Under the pieces are notes generated by a model, which did not search any database, had not been told where the DNA came from, and was given only the letters and a program-made list of their open reading frames with translations. This document shows positions 12,701-26,099 of a stretch of 64,000 bases of DNA, piece by piece. The stretch comes from Glaucostegus cemiculus. Lineage: Eukaryota. Position 1 is the stretch's first letter; each line of letters opens with the position of its first letter. The DNA lies in contig CDPCPM010000013.1 of the NCBI GenBank assembly GCA_976551045.1, forward strand, positions 13,392,001 through 13,456,000, in the 5' to 3' direction. Both the position numbers and the translations under genes were made by a program.

Positions 12701-14072
12701 GAATGGGTTTGCTTTCTGAGCTGGCATAGTCTCAATGGGCTGAATGACCTCCTATGTAGTAGGGAGCTATGAAAATACAAAATATGAAAGACTAAGGTAC
12801 AATTTCCAGTCAATTGTAGCTCTATTATTAGTTCAAACTATTTATATATTTTAGTAGATTTTAATTTTAATGTATCTTTATTTTTAATTGTTTTAAATGT
12901 TTTTGAATTTCAGGGTCACTCAGAAGTGTTAAAAAGTCTTGAGAGCTTTGATGACAAAGATTTTCCCTGTAACCTACTCTCCCCACATTTGGATACCATT
13001 CTTCCTTGTAATTTCCATTCAAATGAATGGACTCCTGGATCCTGCACTGAGCCTTGACAGCAGGTTCCTCAGTGTAGGTGCAGTGGGACTTCTGCCAAGT
13101 GAAAAGAGCTTAGCACTGGATATGCTGTTGGGGAGGGAAGTGGAGGGGGGTGAGGACTGAGGGCAGGAATGATGTCAAAGGTTTCCAGAGGTACTTTGTG
13201 GGTAGGGCTTGGCTTGGCTGACTCACATCTCCCAGTTACGTTACTCAGTGCCCATATGGCAAGCAGGACAATAGTGGTTTGCACCAGGACCAGCTCATCT
13301 GTCCAGAAGTGGACATGCTATCTAACAAAGCTATGCAGAGCTGACGTGGTGAGTGCAGGCTGTAGATCACACTCAGTAAGATCCATGTCTAAATCACTAA
13401 TAAATATTACCATTAACAGAGGGTTCTCAATGGAGCCTACAGTCAAAAGTCATTTCTAATAGACACCTACTTTTGTCTTTCTGGACAAATGAAATGACAA
13501 ACCTTTGAAAATTCATTTCAAGCTCTTGTAAATTTGCACCTTCCTTAGTATCCCTCCTAATTCAATAAATGTTCATATTAAATAATAGTAATCAAACTAC
13601 AATGATTGTAATTTGCTTCTGATATGACTGTGAGAGTTGGCTTCATTTTACAAAAAAATTAGTCACAATCCATCTGACATTGTGCTTTTCCAAGCCATGT
13701 TATTTAATTTACTGACAATGAAATCTAAATAAAATATTAAAATGCTAAACATTTCATTCTTGGTTATTAGGCATTTTATTACCCTAATTCCTTCATTGTT
13801 TTCATTCAATGCTTTGGCATTTTGTTGGTTGTAATTTGCTGTACATGATAAACAAGTGACTTGACAATGCTGGGCCCTTCCCACCCAATAGCTGCTAGCT
13901 TACCTGCACTTGATCTCCTAGCAGCAGCTCTTGGATGAAGATGCTTCATACCCTAAAAATATGAAAATATGTTTGAGTAAACTCAATTAGTTCAAAGAAT
14001 GCAAATTATCTAAATCTTACCAACCCCTTCTCAGCACTTCCTCTCCACTGAAGTAATGGAGTCATAGAATCA

Positions 14073-14355
14073 TCAAAGTCAAAGTCACAAAGTCAAGTTT
14101 ATTGTCATATGCACAAGTACATGTATGCCCAGGTGCAATGAAAAATTACTTGCAGCAGCATCACAGGCACATAGCATCAGAGAAGCAGCATTCACAAGAA
14201 AAACATAAATTAAACATAAATTATACCCAAATTTTACAAGAAAAAACACAATTAGAACAATAAAAGCCCTTATTAGTGCAAAGTGATCAAAGTGGTCATA
14301 GTGTTGCTAGCGATTAGCGTTGTGCCAGTCCATTCAAAAACCAAATGCTTGAATT
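14073..14355 (-). mobile_element. Rex1/Babar-type 3' tail
   Basis: Reverse complement ends tgacAATAAActtgactttg with (GACTTT)n repeats, the same layout as the 4455 and 50903 copies. Confidence 0.55.
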
Positions 14356-14655
14356 GTACAATATGGAAATAAGCCCTTCTGCCCATCTGTGCTAACTATC
14401 AGGCATCCATTTGCATAAATCCTTCTCTAATCCAATCTTATTCTCTACATGTTCCCATCAACTCCTCCTAGATTTTACCCTTCAACTGCACACTAGAGTC
14501 TATTTACACTGGCCAATTAACCTACTATATGGGAGGAAATCGGAGCACCAGAGGAAACCCACACCATCACAGGGAGAACATGCAAACTCCACACACCAGA
14601 GTTCAGGATTGAACCTGGATCTCTGCAACTGTGAGGCAGCAGATCTACTAGTCAC
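14356..14655 (-). mobile_element. V-SINE (old)
   Basis: gggaggaaatcggagcaccagaggaaacccac...ggagaacatgcaaactccacac...ggattgaacctgg is the antisense V-domain plus B box. Confidence 0.75.
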
Positions 14656-17600
14656 CTCTTCCCAGTAACTGCAAGCAGATGGCTTTCAACTGCTGGATTC
14701 CATGGATGAATCCATTAGTAAAGAGTAGTCAGGAATGCACCATTGAGAATCTGTCAGGAAGTTTGGGACTGATGCATTCAGGCATGGGTACCAAAATTCC
14801 CACCAGGTGTGAAGGGAACTGTTTTATTTCCACATGTAGCTACTGCCAGTTCACAGTAAAATCTAGGTCAATGTTCTTGTAGTCTAGTAATGACTTTCTC
14901 AGATAGTAAAGCGACCACTGTAGGTCATAGTGGTTTCTGTGAGTAATCAGTAAATAGGAGATTATGCTTGTTGCTTTCTTGTGTTCCTGTGCTGACATGA
15001 ATCATACAGACATAATTATTAAAGCAACCTTTGCACTCATGGCCAAGGTCATTCAAATTTCTGTCATTCAGGACACAGCGAAATTCAGAAAGATATTTTT
15101 TGTAGAGACTTATGAACTCATTTGAAGAAACAGGGTAAACATGAAGGTAAAATCAAAGCAGTAGCTTTTCCACTCCTTTATCGTCCTATATCCACTTTAA
15201 TGCCACTGTGTGCTAGGGTGGTTCTTAGTTGTCATAGTCCTGCCAACATCCGTTTTATATTCATTTCACAGGTGCCACAGGAATAATTTCCCCACTAAGT
15301 CTAATTCTAGCACAGACCCCTATGGGTCTATTTGGTTCTTTCTGTTCTACTAAAGATTTTCTGATTCCTTCAATGGAGTTTTAATTGTTTTTTTATTCTA
15401 ATGTCAAATGTCGCTGATGCAACATTTCAAGTGGCTTTGAATTAATGATCCATCCACATTATTGTCAATGTTTCCTACTGCTTACTGCTTTTTTTATAAT
15501 TCATTGCCTCTTAGTAATCATAACATTTATTTAAGTATTGTTTTATCACTGCTGGGTTTATGATTTTGAAATCTCTAACATAGTGGAAACTTTAATTAAA
15601 AGAGTTTGGTTGTTATTGCTTTCAGTATTTACAGATAATGCTATCTTCCATACAGCACAGGTTTTTTTCAATATTATACATATTAAAGTCATTTATTTCC
15701 AGAGTGGAATGCAATTCTGTCAATTTCCAGGCGAAATCATACCACTCCTGAAATTCAATAGGGCACATTTGGTTGCAAATCAGTTATGTGATTTCATGTC
15801 CATTGTGCATGGAGTGATGCTATCTCCTGTTTAATGCTCTTTTAGAACATTTCTAGGAGATTTATGTGCACTTTCTGCAGGGTATTCTCAAAACAGCCAT
15901 GTTTTACCAGTGCTTTTCTCTAAGCAAATACCAGACTTAAGCAGGATCCTTCACTGACTTCCTCTCCTTCCCACAGAACTGAACTTCCCTCCCTCAAACC
16001 CACTGAACACACACCACAATAATTTGGTTGTCCCTCCAATCCCCCATCTCCAGGACCACACCCTGTTTGCACTTTCCATCCAATTAAAGTCCTGATCCCT
16101 AACTAAGGCTGAGACTCCAAATTGACTCCTGACTTCTGATGCTGGCCACCTCTCACTCCAAATCTCTTCTGCACCCCCTTCCCCCACCTAACCCTTGGGT
16201 CTTGGGCACTGCTGAATTTTGCTGTAGCAGGTCCACAACTGAAGCAGACATTGGTATTCCACACAATAATATTTAATGTATCTCTCTCTTCACAATGAAT
16301 TCCAATCCATCATTTCTATAGCTGGCAAAAGAATTGTTTCTGCTTTAGATGCTGTGTCATGCCTATGATGTACAGTAGCATTATTTTCCCCCAGCTCTTG
16401 CTATCCCAGTTTAATTTCTATTGCATGATTATAGAACTAACACAATGCGGATCTAAATAGCATTAGCATTGTTTCTGTAACTCTTTCCCTTGCTGCTAAT
16501 AATTGTACCTTGGACTGTGCCAACATTTGAGATAAACATTTCACCTCTGCAAAGTCCACCTACTGTGATGTCGGTATCACTGCCCATGCCAATTCAGCAC
16601 AGAGCAGGTATTGAACCAGGAACCATGTGGTGCATTTACTCATTGAACCATTATACCCCTTATACTCAATTTTATATTAATTTAGAATACACTTTTGCTC
16701 TCAATTGGTCACTTGATTCAATAGATTGGAAGGTATTGTTTTGTAATTTCATTTTTGGATCTCATCCAGTATGTTCTTGAGTGAGTCCAGTTTCCATGAC
16801 TTTTCTTTGTCCCCTTTAGCAGATGCTTAGTCCTGCCATCCCATCTAAGTACACCTATTTTCTAAAACTATTTTAATCTAAGATACTTGCCTTTCTAGGA
16901 GGGCTAAATGGAAGAATCATGTTAGAGCTGAACTGTTCAGTAGGATATAACCGAATTATCACATTTGTTCCCAATATTCTGACCTTAACTAGAAGCATTG
17001 TGGCCTTTGTCCCATGTGAAGTTTTATTCCTAACCAAGGATGTTATCTGCAGATACGTACAGCTAAAGACAGCAAGACTGGGTGGTTTCACAACTCCATT
17101 TTTCAGGGTCCTTTGTTACTAGTCAACAAGTAACTTCTGTCATTACATTGGGAACAATTATAAATGAAAGTTACCACGTTACTCTCTATAAATGTCAAAA
17201 TATCCACATGAGTTTATGTGGGATATCCCTTATTGTCCTTAGAAGAATATAGCTATTAATTTCTGTTAGAACTGCCATGGGTAGGTTTCACATGTTCTTT
17301 ATGGACATACATGTGTGAACCTTGACAGTAAATAAAGCTGAATACTCAAGTGAAGGTGATTTGGAATGGACAAAAAACTGCCCTTATCTAACAGTACACA
17401 AATGATTACCAAAAGGCACTCACTGGAAAGCAATCTGGAGTGGAAATTCTGACCACCCTTCCCTTCTATAACACAGATAGGTGGGAGAGGCTAATTTTAT
17501 TACTCCCACTACTGTCTTAGGTGAAGTATCTGATCTTCAGCAGAGGTGGTTGGAGTTGAAGGATTCGGAAACCGGTGGGTGTTGAGGCCTGGGATAAACA

Positions 17601-20038
17601 TCCAAGTGTGGCTTTCATGGTCTTAGATAACGAAGAAAACATCCACCAATGTCTTAGTGCAATTCACATCTGATGCAAAATGACAACACAACCAGGGTCA
17701 GGAATTTAAAAATTGAACAGGTGGCTTGTTTCCAGCAATTCTTTGAACAAGTCCTGACAAGAAAAATTACGAACCTCACAACTAAAACTAAAACTACCAA
17801 CCTGACGAGAGAGCTGTGACCTCCATCATGCCCACCATCTAACCCTTCCAATGACGTTCCTTCTAGCTCCACCACTAAGCAGGCAATTGATCTAGATTCC
17901 AACGTGGTTGCTTTATCAGCCTATGTAAGCATTTCTTTAAACATGGGAGCACTGGGGATTGAGAAGTAATGAAGCAGCCCAGGAAATTTCCTTCCTCCAG
18001 TACTGTCACTTTCCCAGCATGAACTAATGTAATTTGCATGACCTTGTTATCTTCTCCCCTAATACCGTACTTGCTATATTCTTGCTAACATCTGTGTCAG
18101 TGAAGCATATATACTTTGTACAACTACAACTTTCCTTCTTGTGCAGATATGTCTTGTGCTCCTACTTGACGACAATATTCATGCCTTAACTTTGTCCACC
18201 TTCTTCCAGACCTTCTGCCAGGTCGTCCTCTGAGTCGTGAAGACAATGCTGAAAAACTGCCATGCTTTGTGCCTACTTTACAAGTTGGAGGGCTTGGCTC
18301 CCCCATGAAAAAAAATGTGGTTGCGTCACTTCATGATGGTGTCTACCAGCAATTGCAGACCCTCATCATTAAAACTGGCTTTGCGCTACAAGCATTTAAC
18401 TATTTTTAACCAGCAATCACGTGCTGTGCAGCAAGCTTTTCAAAAGCTCAGGGTCAAGTGGCTCCTACTGCTTCAGAAGCGCAAATATCTTTAAAGCTGA
18501 TCTATTGCAATTGGCTGATATTTGTCTTTGCCACTTATGACAGCGCACTGTACACTTTCTGCATTTAGGAATGTTGTGTGCTTGACTCCAATTTCGGTGC
18601 AACAATTGCAAAGCAGGCATTTTCCCAACTTTTTGACATTTAAGAAAAAACAGGCCATCTCCTCCACACTACTGTCCCTGGATTAATAAATAATTCTAAA
18701 CAAGAGTTGCTGAAGTCCATGTTTTTCTTTCACAGCAACTAAGAGTTAAATAAAAATAGATTTAGTTACTTTTCTCTTGGATATGAAGACTGCGCAAAGT
18801 TATAACCATACTTTTTTTCTTATATGTCATGCACTGGGGACCAAGCCCAAGCTCCTAGTGTGCAGTTTAAGCAATTGATTGTAAAAATTGCCATGAATGC
18901 AGAACTTGATGATTTTGGTACAAAATATTTGCTTTTGCAAACCAAAAATGGAACAAAAACATTGCTGCGCAATCACTGGGTGGAATTTACCAAATCAAGT
19001 TTTTGGCACGTGGAATTTTGTGCCTGAAGTGTGAATTTGTAAAATCTACCTTTAGAAATCAGAGTGTATCATAAGTGAATGCCTTAACAGAGGTCGCAAA
19101 ATGACTGGCGTTTATAAAAAGCATATGTTACATACAATGAAGATTGATAGATAATATTGCCGGGCATCAGAGAGTTTTCCTCCTTGACAGCACCATGCTG
19201 CTTTTCCCCTTCCTAAATCCTGCATTCATCAGCATTCCCCTTTGTTATTTTTTTTAAATCAAATTAACCTCAGAAAGCTTTCCTGCCAAAGGAAAATATA
19301 GAGGCAATTTTCAAAAGATATCCGAGCCTGAAAAAGTCATCAGCAGCTGGGTGCAGCCGTTTACCCAGCTGTCAGTGACTTTGGTCAGTTCATCTGTTTC
19401 CCAACTGGCATTAAGACTGGTCTGGATGCTGATGTACAGTGTTCTCTAGGAAGGCAGTCACTGCCACTCCCATAGCTGACATCATCAGAATGGCTCCCTG
19501 CAGAGAAGGGAGACCCAGAATCAGGGTCTGAAAAATTGAAATGAAAATAAGGACTTCTCCTAAGAGGTAAGAGATATTTAAATTTCCTTTTACTTAACCA
19601 TTGCCTAGTTAGGAAACGTATTTTAAATTGAAAGCAAAATTCCCCCCCCCCCCCCACTGTTTTCTTTCTCCTTAAGTAAAGTTATATGGATCTTACTCCT
19701 TGAAATAATAATGCTTTTGATCTCAGCCATATCGTCTCAGATGAATTTTTGCCTCCTCAGAGTCAAAGTGCTGATGCCTGGCAGCATCACATTTCCTTTC
19801 TCTTATGTAGCTTCGCACAAAATATGATTTACCATTATGTTTAAGAGACAGCAGATGATTCATTTTGTATGTTCAAAGAAGGCTGAATCTGAAAACCAAG
19901 GCAGCCGAGAAAAGTGAGATCAAACAAAATCCAACAAATGTAGGCATTGGTTTGTGCAGTATAAGTATGTAAACTGAACGGTAACGAATATTGTTAAAAG
20001 TTCAGTCATTGAACAGGAAATTATCTTTTGTTTTTCAG

Positions 20039-20341
20039 CCCGAAAGCTAAGGAAGTTCAGTAAATTAAAGAACATCGGCAACAACCAATCTTCTCTGCAG
20101 TCCGAAATGACACTTCCAAGTGTCAGTCCAGTCGCAGTACCAAAGATCACATTACATTCCGCTAGAGGAGTCCAGTTCACGCCGTCACTCGTTTCCATTT
20201 TACAGATAATTGAACCCGAAGTTGTTTATGCAGGCTATGATAACAGTCAGCCGGACTCATCTAACTATCTGCTAACCAGCCTGAATAGGCTTTGCGAAAG
20301 GCAACTTGTATCTGTTGTTAAATGGGCCAAATCTGTACCAG
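20039..20341 (+). CDS. PGR: Progesterone receptor exon (hinge + LBD helices 1-3; exon 4 equivalent)
   Basis: Acceptor ttttgtttttcag|CC, donor CCAG|gtaaca, 303 bp. Translates (A)RKLRKFSKLK...SILQIIEPEVVYAGYDNSQPDSSNYLLTSLNRLCERQLVSVVKWAKSVP(G), matching the 3-ketosteroid receptor LBD start. LLTSLNxLCERQL is typical of non-mammalian PR. Confidence 0.93.
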
Positions 20342-21711
20342 GTAACAGTATAAGTTTAAGTGACAAAGTTCTAATCATTAGAGAACATAGTGCACACTAC
20401 ACTGTTTTTCTTCCCCTTTTTGAGGATGTTACAGATTAAAGTAATGTGTTTGACCTGTTGGGCAGTAGAACACATTGTGAAGCCCACTCTCACCACCAAA
20501 TATTCCAATGTGAGGTAAAGTATGGCTTGTGTCAAGTAAGGGGAACATTTGTTTCATCTTAAAAGTGTCTCTAATCTCCAACTTGAGCAGTGTATCCCCT
20601 ACTTAAAGCCATTTTGTTTTTTTTGCACCAGCAAGAAAATGCATCAACTCATTGCACAAATCATTTGCTCAAGTAATTTGTGTTCTATGCCAGCAGTTAA
20701 AACCAGCCCAGCCACCTTCAGTGCAAATTATGATAAAGTTTTCAAACCTGATCAAACTGCATTCCTAAGAATGCATTTTGGAAACCAGTTTGTTCTTCAC
20801 TATATGATATAGTGTGTCAAAGCACTTGCATATAGTGATAAAGAATTGGCAGTGGAGTGGTCTTGTTTTGAATCCATCATCATCAACAACTAGCTTAAGG
20901 CTTGCCCAGGGATACTCTACAAAAGAAAAATGAGAGGGTGTGCCAACTGTTCCAGCTGCAGACTGTTCCCTTGCAGAAAACAACATTAGTGCAGGCCTTG
21001 AAGAAAATCTATTGGCTTCCTGGTTTTAACATAGTGAAATGTGAGCCAAAGAAATTATCTGCAGTAAACAAAGATATTATCCACCAGAGAAAAAATTTAA
21101 AAGCAATAAATTACGTTTTATTTAGAGATTGACTGTTGACATTTTGGATTTCAATTGCCAGCAGAATTATTTCAATAATATCCAACTCAAAATTCATTCA
21201 AGATCCTTTTGCATATTTCCTGGTTTCAAACTTTCATACCTGGTTCCTGAATATAAAACTTCAAATTGAATAGCATACTACAAATTGTTTTACTTCGTCG
21301 TCTAAAAGTTAAGTCTTACATAGAAAGAAATAATGTCAGGAAATGGTTGAATCATCTGTATTTTCTGTGCAGATGTGGTCTAATTATCCTCATGAGTCTC
21401 CTGGTTAGAAAGTCAGGGTTGCATATTGTTCTTTCTCTGATGTATACGCATTTTGACTTTTGATTCCTGCTGGCAATCTAGGTTAGCTGAACACTCTTCT
21501 CATGAACTCAACGGTTTTAAACAATTGTTGACTGCTGCATAAAAATGCATAATTTTTTAAAAAATTCTAGGTCATTATGACTCTCTGGGTCACTATATTT
21601 CAGACTCCTGGTCAATTAGTTCCAAAATTCTCCAATTCACTTCATTCTGCCTGTGCTATTAATAGCAGTAGATTTGGATTTTGTTCACAGAAGTTACCTT
21701 TTACACTTGCA

Positions 21712-22055
21712 TTTATCCACAGCCTTTCTGTGGACTTTTGCACAGGAGCTTAGCTGTAGACTAAGAGAAGCAAGAACCAAAAAAACACCACTTCTTTTAT
21801 ATCGGATCTCGAACCTGCCCAAAGAAAAGGCAGCAGGGTTTCTACTTAACCAATAAAATTGAGAATTATTAACTGGCAGACAGTTTATCCACAGCCTTTC
21901 TGTGGACTTTTGCACAGGAGCTTAGCTGTAGACTAAGAGAAGCAAGAACCAAAAAAACACCACTTCTTTTATATCGGATCTCGAACCTGCCCAAGGAAAA
22001 GGCAGCAGGGTTTCTACTTAACCAATCAAATTGAGAATTATTAACTGGCAGACAG
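21712..22055. repeat. Tandem duplication, 2 x 172 bp
   Basis: 21712-21883 and 21884-22055 differ at 2 positions by eye. Confidence 0.95.
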
Positions 22056-22121
22056 AGACTGAATCAGAAAGTATCAGTCAGAATAATTAATTCATTCTCA
22101 AATCAAGAGGCCAAAAAGAAG

Positions 22122-22126
<5 letters not shown>

Positions 22127-22156
<30 letters not shown>
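22127..22156. repeat. (GA)15 microsatellite
   Basis: Seen directly in the sequence. Confidence 0.95.
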
Positions 22157-22159
<3 letters not shown>

Positions 22160-22919
22160 AAGAAACAGAGAGAATATATAAAACTTTTGTTAAAATTTAC
22201 AACAGTAATTAAAATTTAAGTGGATGAGATTCCAGAATATAGAGTGCAATAGGGGTGTTTTGTTCATAATTAAGATGTTGAAAGCTTCCATAGACTGGAA
22301 TGGACTAGCCCCCAACTGTTTCTGTTATGCTTAGAGGGTATGAGTCACATGAGGGTAGCAACTTAGATGGCAAGTCGCTTAGCAAGATCATGGTATTGCA
22401 CAAGTCCAAGAGGAACAGGGCAAATTGTAAATCACCTTCCTGGTTTCCATGTTTAACTGGGTGTGATTAAACAGTTGAAGTTTCTGAACAATTTCCATTG
22501 TAGTATCAGTGAGCCCTATTAGCTATACCATTATTTCTGAAGCAAAATCCAGGCAATTTTAAAACATACAAATATTTTTTCAAATTATTCACTGCCAGTC
22601 AGCTTTCTAGCAACAGCCTCTAGAAACAGTCTCAAGCTTTTTCTTTCCAGCTTCAGAGTTATTTAAGCCTCTTTGAACACAATATAAATAAAAGTGGCTG
22701 TCCAGGTGGGATAAAAAAATATGGATGTTGCAGGAACATAAGCAGAAATTTGTATAGTCCCAACTAATATTAATAACCATTCCATCAACAACCTTTTTCA
22801 TGCAGCCCCTTATGCAAGCATCCTCTGGCTCAACACGAGAGTAATATTAACACCATAAAGCACTATAAGGGAATATTAAGAAAGAGGGTCACAATCTAAG
22901 TGTTAAGGAGCATTTTAAA

Positions 22920-23275
22920 GGAATACATATAGGGATGGGGAGGTATAACGAAACAGAAGTATAGAGGTGGAGCATATAGATGCAGTGAGGTTTATAAAGG
23001 CAAAGAGGAATAGAAATGGAGCTATATAGAATTGAAAGAGGTAAAAAATGTAGAGGCAGAGAGATACATAGATGGGGAGACAGAGAGATACGCTGATATG
23101 TGAGGAATATAGAACTGAAGGGGTATATAGAGGTGAGATGTACAGAGGAAGAGAGGAATATATATAGCAGAGAGGAGGATAGAAGCAGAAGCATATATAA
23201 AGGAAGAGAGGAATGTGGAGATGAAAGTTAGAGGTAGAGATGTATATGAAGGTGGTGAGGCATGAACATAGAGGA
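22920..23275. repeat. Degenerate purine-rich low-complexity repeat
   Basis: Recurring atatagagg/gagaggaat/tagaga units with strong strand asymmetry. Confidence 0.65.
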
Positions 23276-23324
23276 AATTTAAAATAACCAGCCTCCCCTG
23301 TCTGTGTCAGAATTGGCCAATTTT

Positions 23325-24185
23325 ACTGAGAGGGTCATTCACCTGTAATATTAACTCCATTTTTCTCCATCCACAAATGCTGCCTGATCTACTGAGTATT
23401 TCCAGCATTCCCTTTTATTTCATGGTTCCAGTTACTGCTTTGTCCTGCATCTCCCGCATGTTTTTTTCCCTCCTCTAACTGCATTTCCCCGAGCAGAGAT
23501 GCTGTGATTAACTAGCATTTATTCCCCTCTCCTAGATGAGTCCAAAAAGAATAGTGTCAGCTGCACAGCCTTGGTGTCCACCCTATCACAGACATTCCCT
23601 CTGTTCTCTCTGTCCTCCTCCTCTCTGTAGTATGCTTGCTTTCTTACTTTTCTAGTTCTGATGAAGTAGCTTTGACCTGAAGCGTTAACACTGGTTCTGT
23701 ATCAAGGCTGTCTGACCTGCTAAGAATCCTTTGGTTTTTATTTGCTTTTATCTTAGCGAGAGGGCAATTTAGTGTGCTGAGAGGGGAAGAGGAAAGGAAG
23801 GTCTGTGATAGAATGATAAAAGTGGTGAAGGGTGAAGGTGCAAGGTAATAACACAGATTAGTTGAAAATGCAGAACGATTATCTGAAGTTACAAAAGAAA
23901 TTGGGTAAGAATGATGAATTCTGGAATAAAATCACTGGCACGTTATTTATTTGAAATTATTGAATGCTTTGAGTTTGGAAAGCCAGAACATGAAATGCTA
24001 GGCGTCTGAGAGCTCGGAGTCAGGCTTAGGGATTGTAAGGAGGTGTTCGGCAAACCCATTGCCCAATCTGCATTTGGCCTCTCCAGTGCAAGGTCCATAT
24101 TGTGAGCAATCAGTGCAATATACAACAATGGAAGAAATAGAAGAAATTGCTACTCCACATGTAAAGGGGATTTGGAAAGGTGAGC
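23325..24185. mobile_element. Penelope-like cluster: two + strand terminal repeats, then an antisense GIY-YIG remnant
   Basis: Terminal repeats near 23330-23420 and 23650-23745 (AGTT CTGATGA...GACCT GAAGCGTTAAC); 23950-24185 resembles a decayed copy of 7860-8230. Confidence 0.6.
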
Positions 24186-25667
24186 AGGGATAGGGAAAGT
24201 GTTTTGAACTGACAGTTGTTGGTATTCATTTCAAGCTTTTAGCTTTAGAGTTTCAGATGCACTTAATATCACCTGCTGGCTTTAAACTACCAGGATGGAT
24301 TATGCTACCACTGTAGGCTAAAACATTGTTAACTTACAGCACTTTACAATTCCTTTAAATTTCTAAAATCTAGCTCCGCAGTTTAGTTCTTTTACTATGT
24401 AATTAACAGTCTTACTTTTATTCTAATTTTCATGAAGTGTTTAAAATTCTGTGTTTCTATAACCATAAGATTCAGATACAGTATTAATTTGCTTAAGAAC
24501 ACGAGTACCATGTGAAGCACATGGGCTGACTGTCATATTTATGGACTTTGAGGAGGTTTTTAACAAAGTTTAGTTAAAAAGGGTGTAAGAAAGTTAGCAT
24601 AGGATATCAAAGTAAATTAAAAATGTTTTAAAAAGAGGATAAGAGTTTTTCAGAATAGTTGGAAGTGGGAAGTATTCCATGGAATTCAGGACTTGGACCA
24701 TGTCTGTTCACTGGTCATATCAATGAATTGGATATCAGACTGCAAAAGATGCAGCAGAAATTTCCAGATATAGCAACAGGAGATAATGTTAGTTCTTAAA
24801 CACCAGAGAATCCGCAAAGAATAATTGATAAGATCACATAATCATAAAATAGAGCAGCACAGAATGGGTGGAGGGGAGTGAGTGGGGGCAATGAGACCAT
24901 CAAATCTGCGCTCTTTTAAAAACTCTCCTGCTCCTTCAAATGGATATCCAGTCCCCTATTGAAAGTTACTATTGAATCTGTCCCCACTACCCTAATCAAA
25001 ATTGTGTTCAAAATGTCAAAACTCAAGCACTGTAAAAATAAGCTCCCTTTACTCCCTCTATCTAAACCCTTCATGATTTTAAACAAGTCTATCAAACCTC
25101 TTCTTAGCCTTCATTGTTATGTTCTCTTATATGTCCATGGTATAATAATCCCTTGGGCCTGGAACCATTCCCCAAAACCACCACGGGGCAGCAGGAGGAT
25201 TGAGGCAGCAGTTATGTTTTGTCAGAGGAGTGAGGAACTGGTGGAGGGGAAAGATTAAGTTCACAACAAGATCTCAGGAAAATATTTTGTTCAATGTTAT
25301 GGTTCACAATATAACAAGGTTAGAATAGTCATTTGGGGTGAGGAAATATAAATTTGAAGGTGTGTCATGGATGAAGAGTAATGAATTAGAGTGTTTAAAA
25401 TGAAGAAGGATGAATAGAAGCAGAGTTTTGCTAGTAGCCATGAGATTGTGAATGAGGGTCATAGAACTAATTTAAACGTACAAGATTTAGAACATGTGGG
25501 TAGGACAGTACTGAGAGAGTGGTGAGGCTTTGGAATTCACTGCCACAGTGGGTGATTGAGGCAGTCCACATTCAGGTTTAGATTGGATAAAGAAAAAGGT
25601 ATTTAACCAAAGCAGAAAGAGGGTGTGTTATAAAATTCCATGTTTTAAGATTTCTGATGATTCTTGA

Positions 25668-25768
25668 GTGCTGACGAAGGGTCTTCAACCTGAACTGTTA
25701 ACTCTGTTTCTTTTCCCGCAGGAGCAGCCTATCCTCCTGAGTATTCCCAGCATTTTCTGCTTTTATTA
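25668..25768 (+). mobile_element. PLE terminal repeat with hammerhead-like core
   Basis: CTGACGA AGGGTCTTCAACCT GAAC TGTTAACTCTG...gagtattcccagcattttctgc. Confidence 0.6.
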
Positions 25769-26099
25769 TAAGACTTCTTTGAGGACAATTGATTAAGCTG
25801 TAGTATGTGGAGAACTACTGAGTGAACCTTAGCAAATGTTTTTCCTGTTGGTACTTTAAATTTGTTATGGGCCCCCAACCTCCATTATATATTTAACAGA
25901 TTACTTGGCTGTTGATATGAAGGCTACAATCACAGCAGCAGTGAGTGGGGCAGAGAGAATTATTACACAATTATTCGATTGTGAAAGCAAAAATTGCAAT
26001 TGCATTGACATGCTGGTGTCAAACATTACAAACTACTGATTGACTTACAGTGATTATAAATAACTGGAAGATTAGTCTGGATCCTAAAATTAGAGCTCT

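Noticed and set aside
17950-19050. Possible decayed Harbinger Myb/SANT element
   Set aside because: Only an impression; I could not identify convincing motifs or terminal inverted repeats.
19975-20038. Possible PR-M-like N-terminal extension from intron 3
   Set aside because: In-frame TGA at 19975-19977 and no ATG between it and the exon.
20342-20439. ORF continuing 32 codons past exon 4
   Set aside because: Homology stops exactly at a canonical GT donor; this is ordinary intron read-through.
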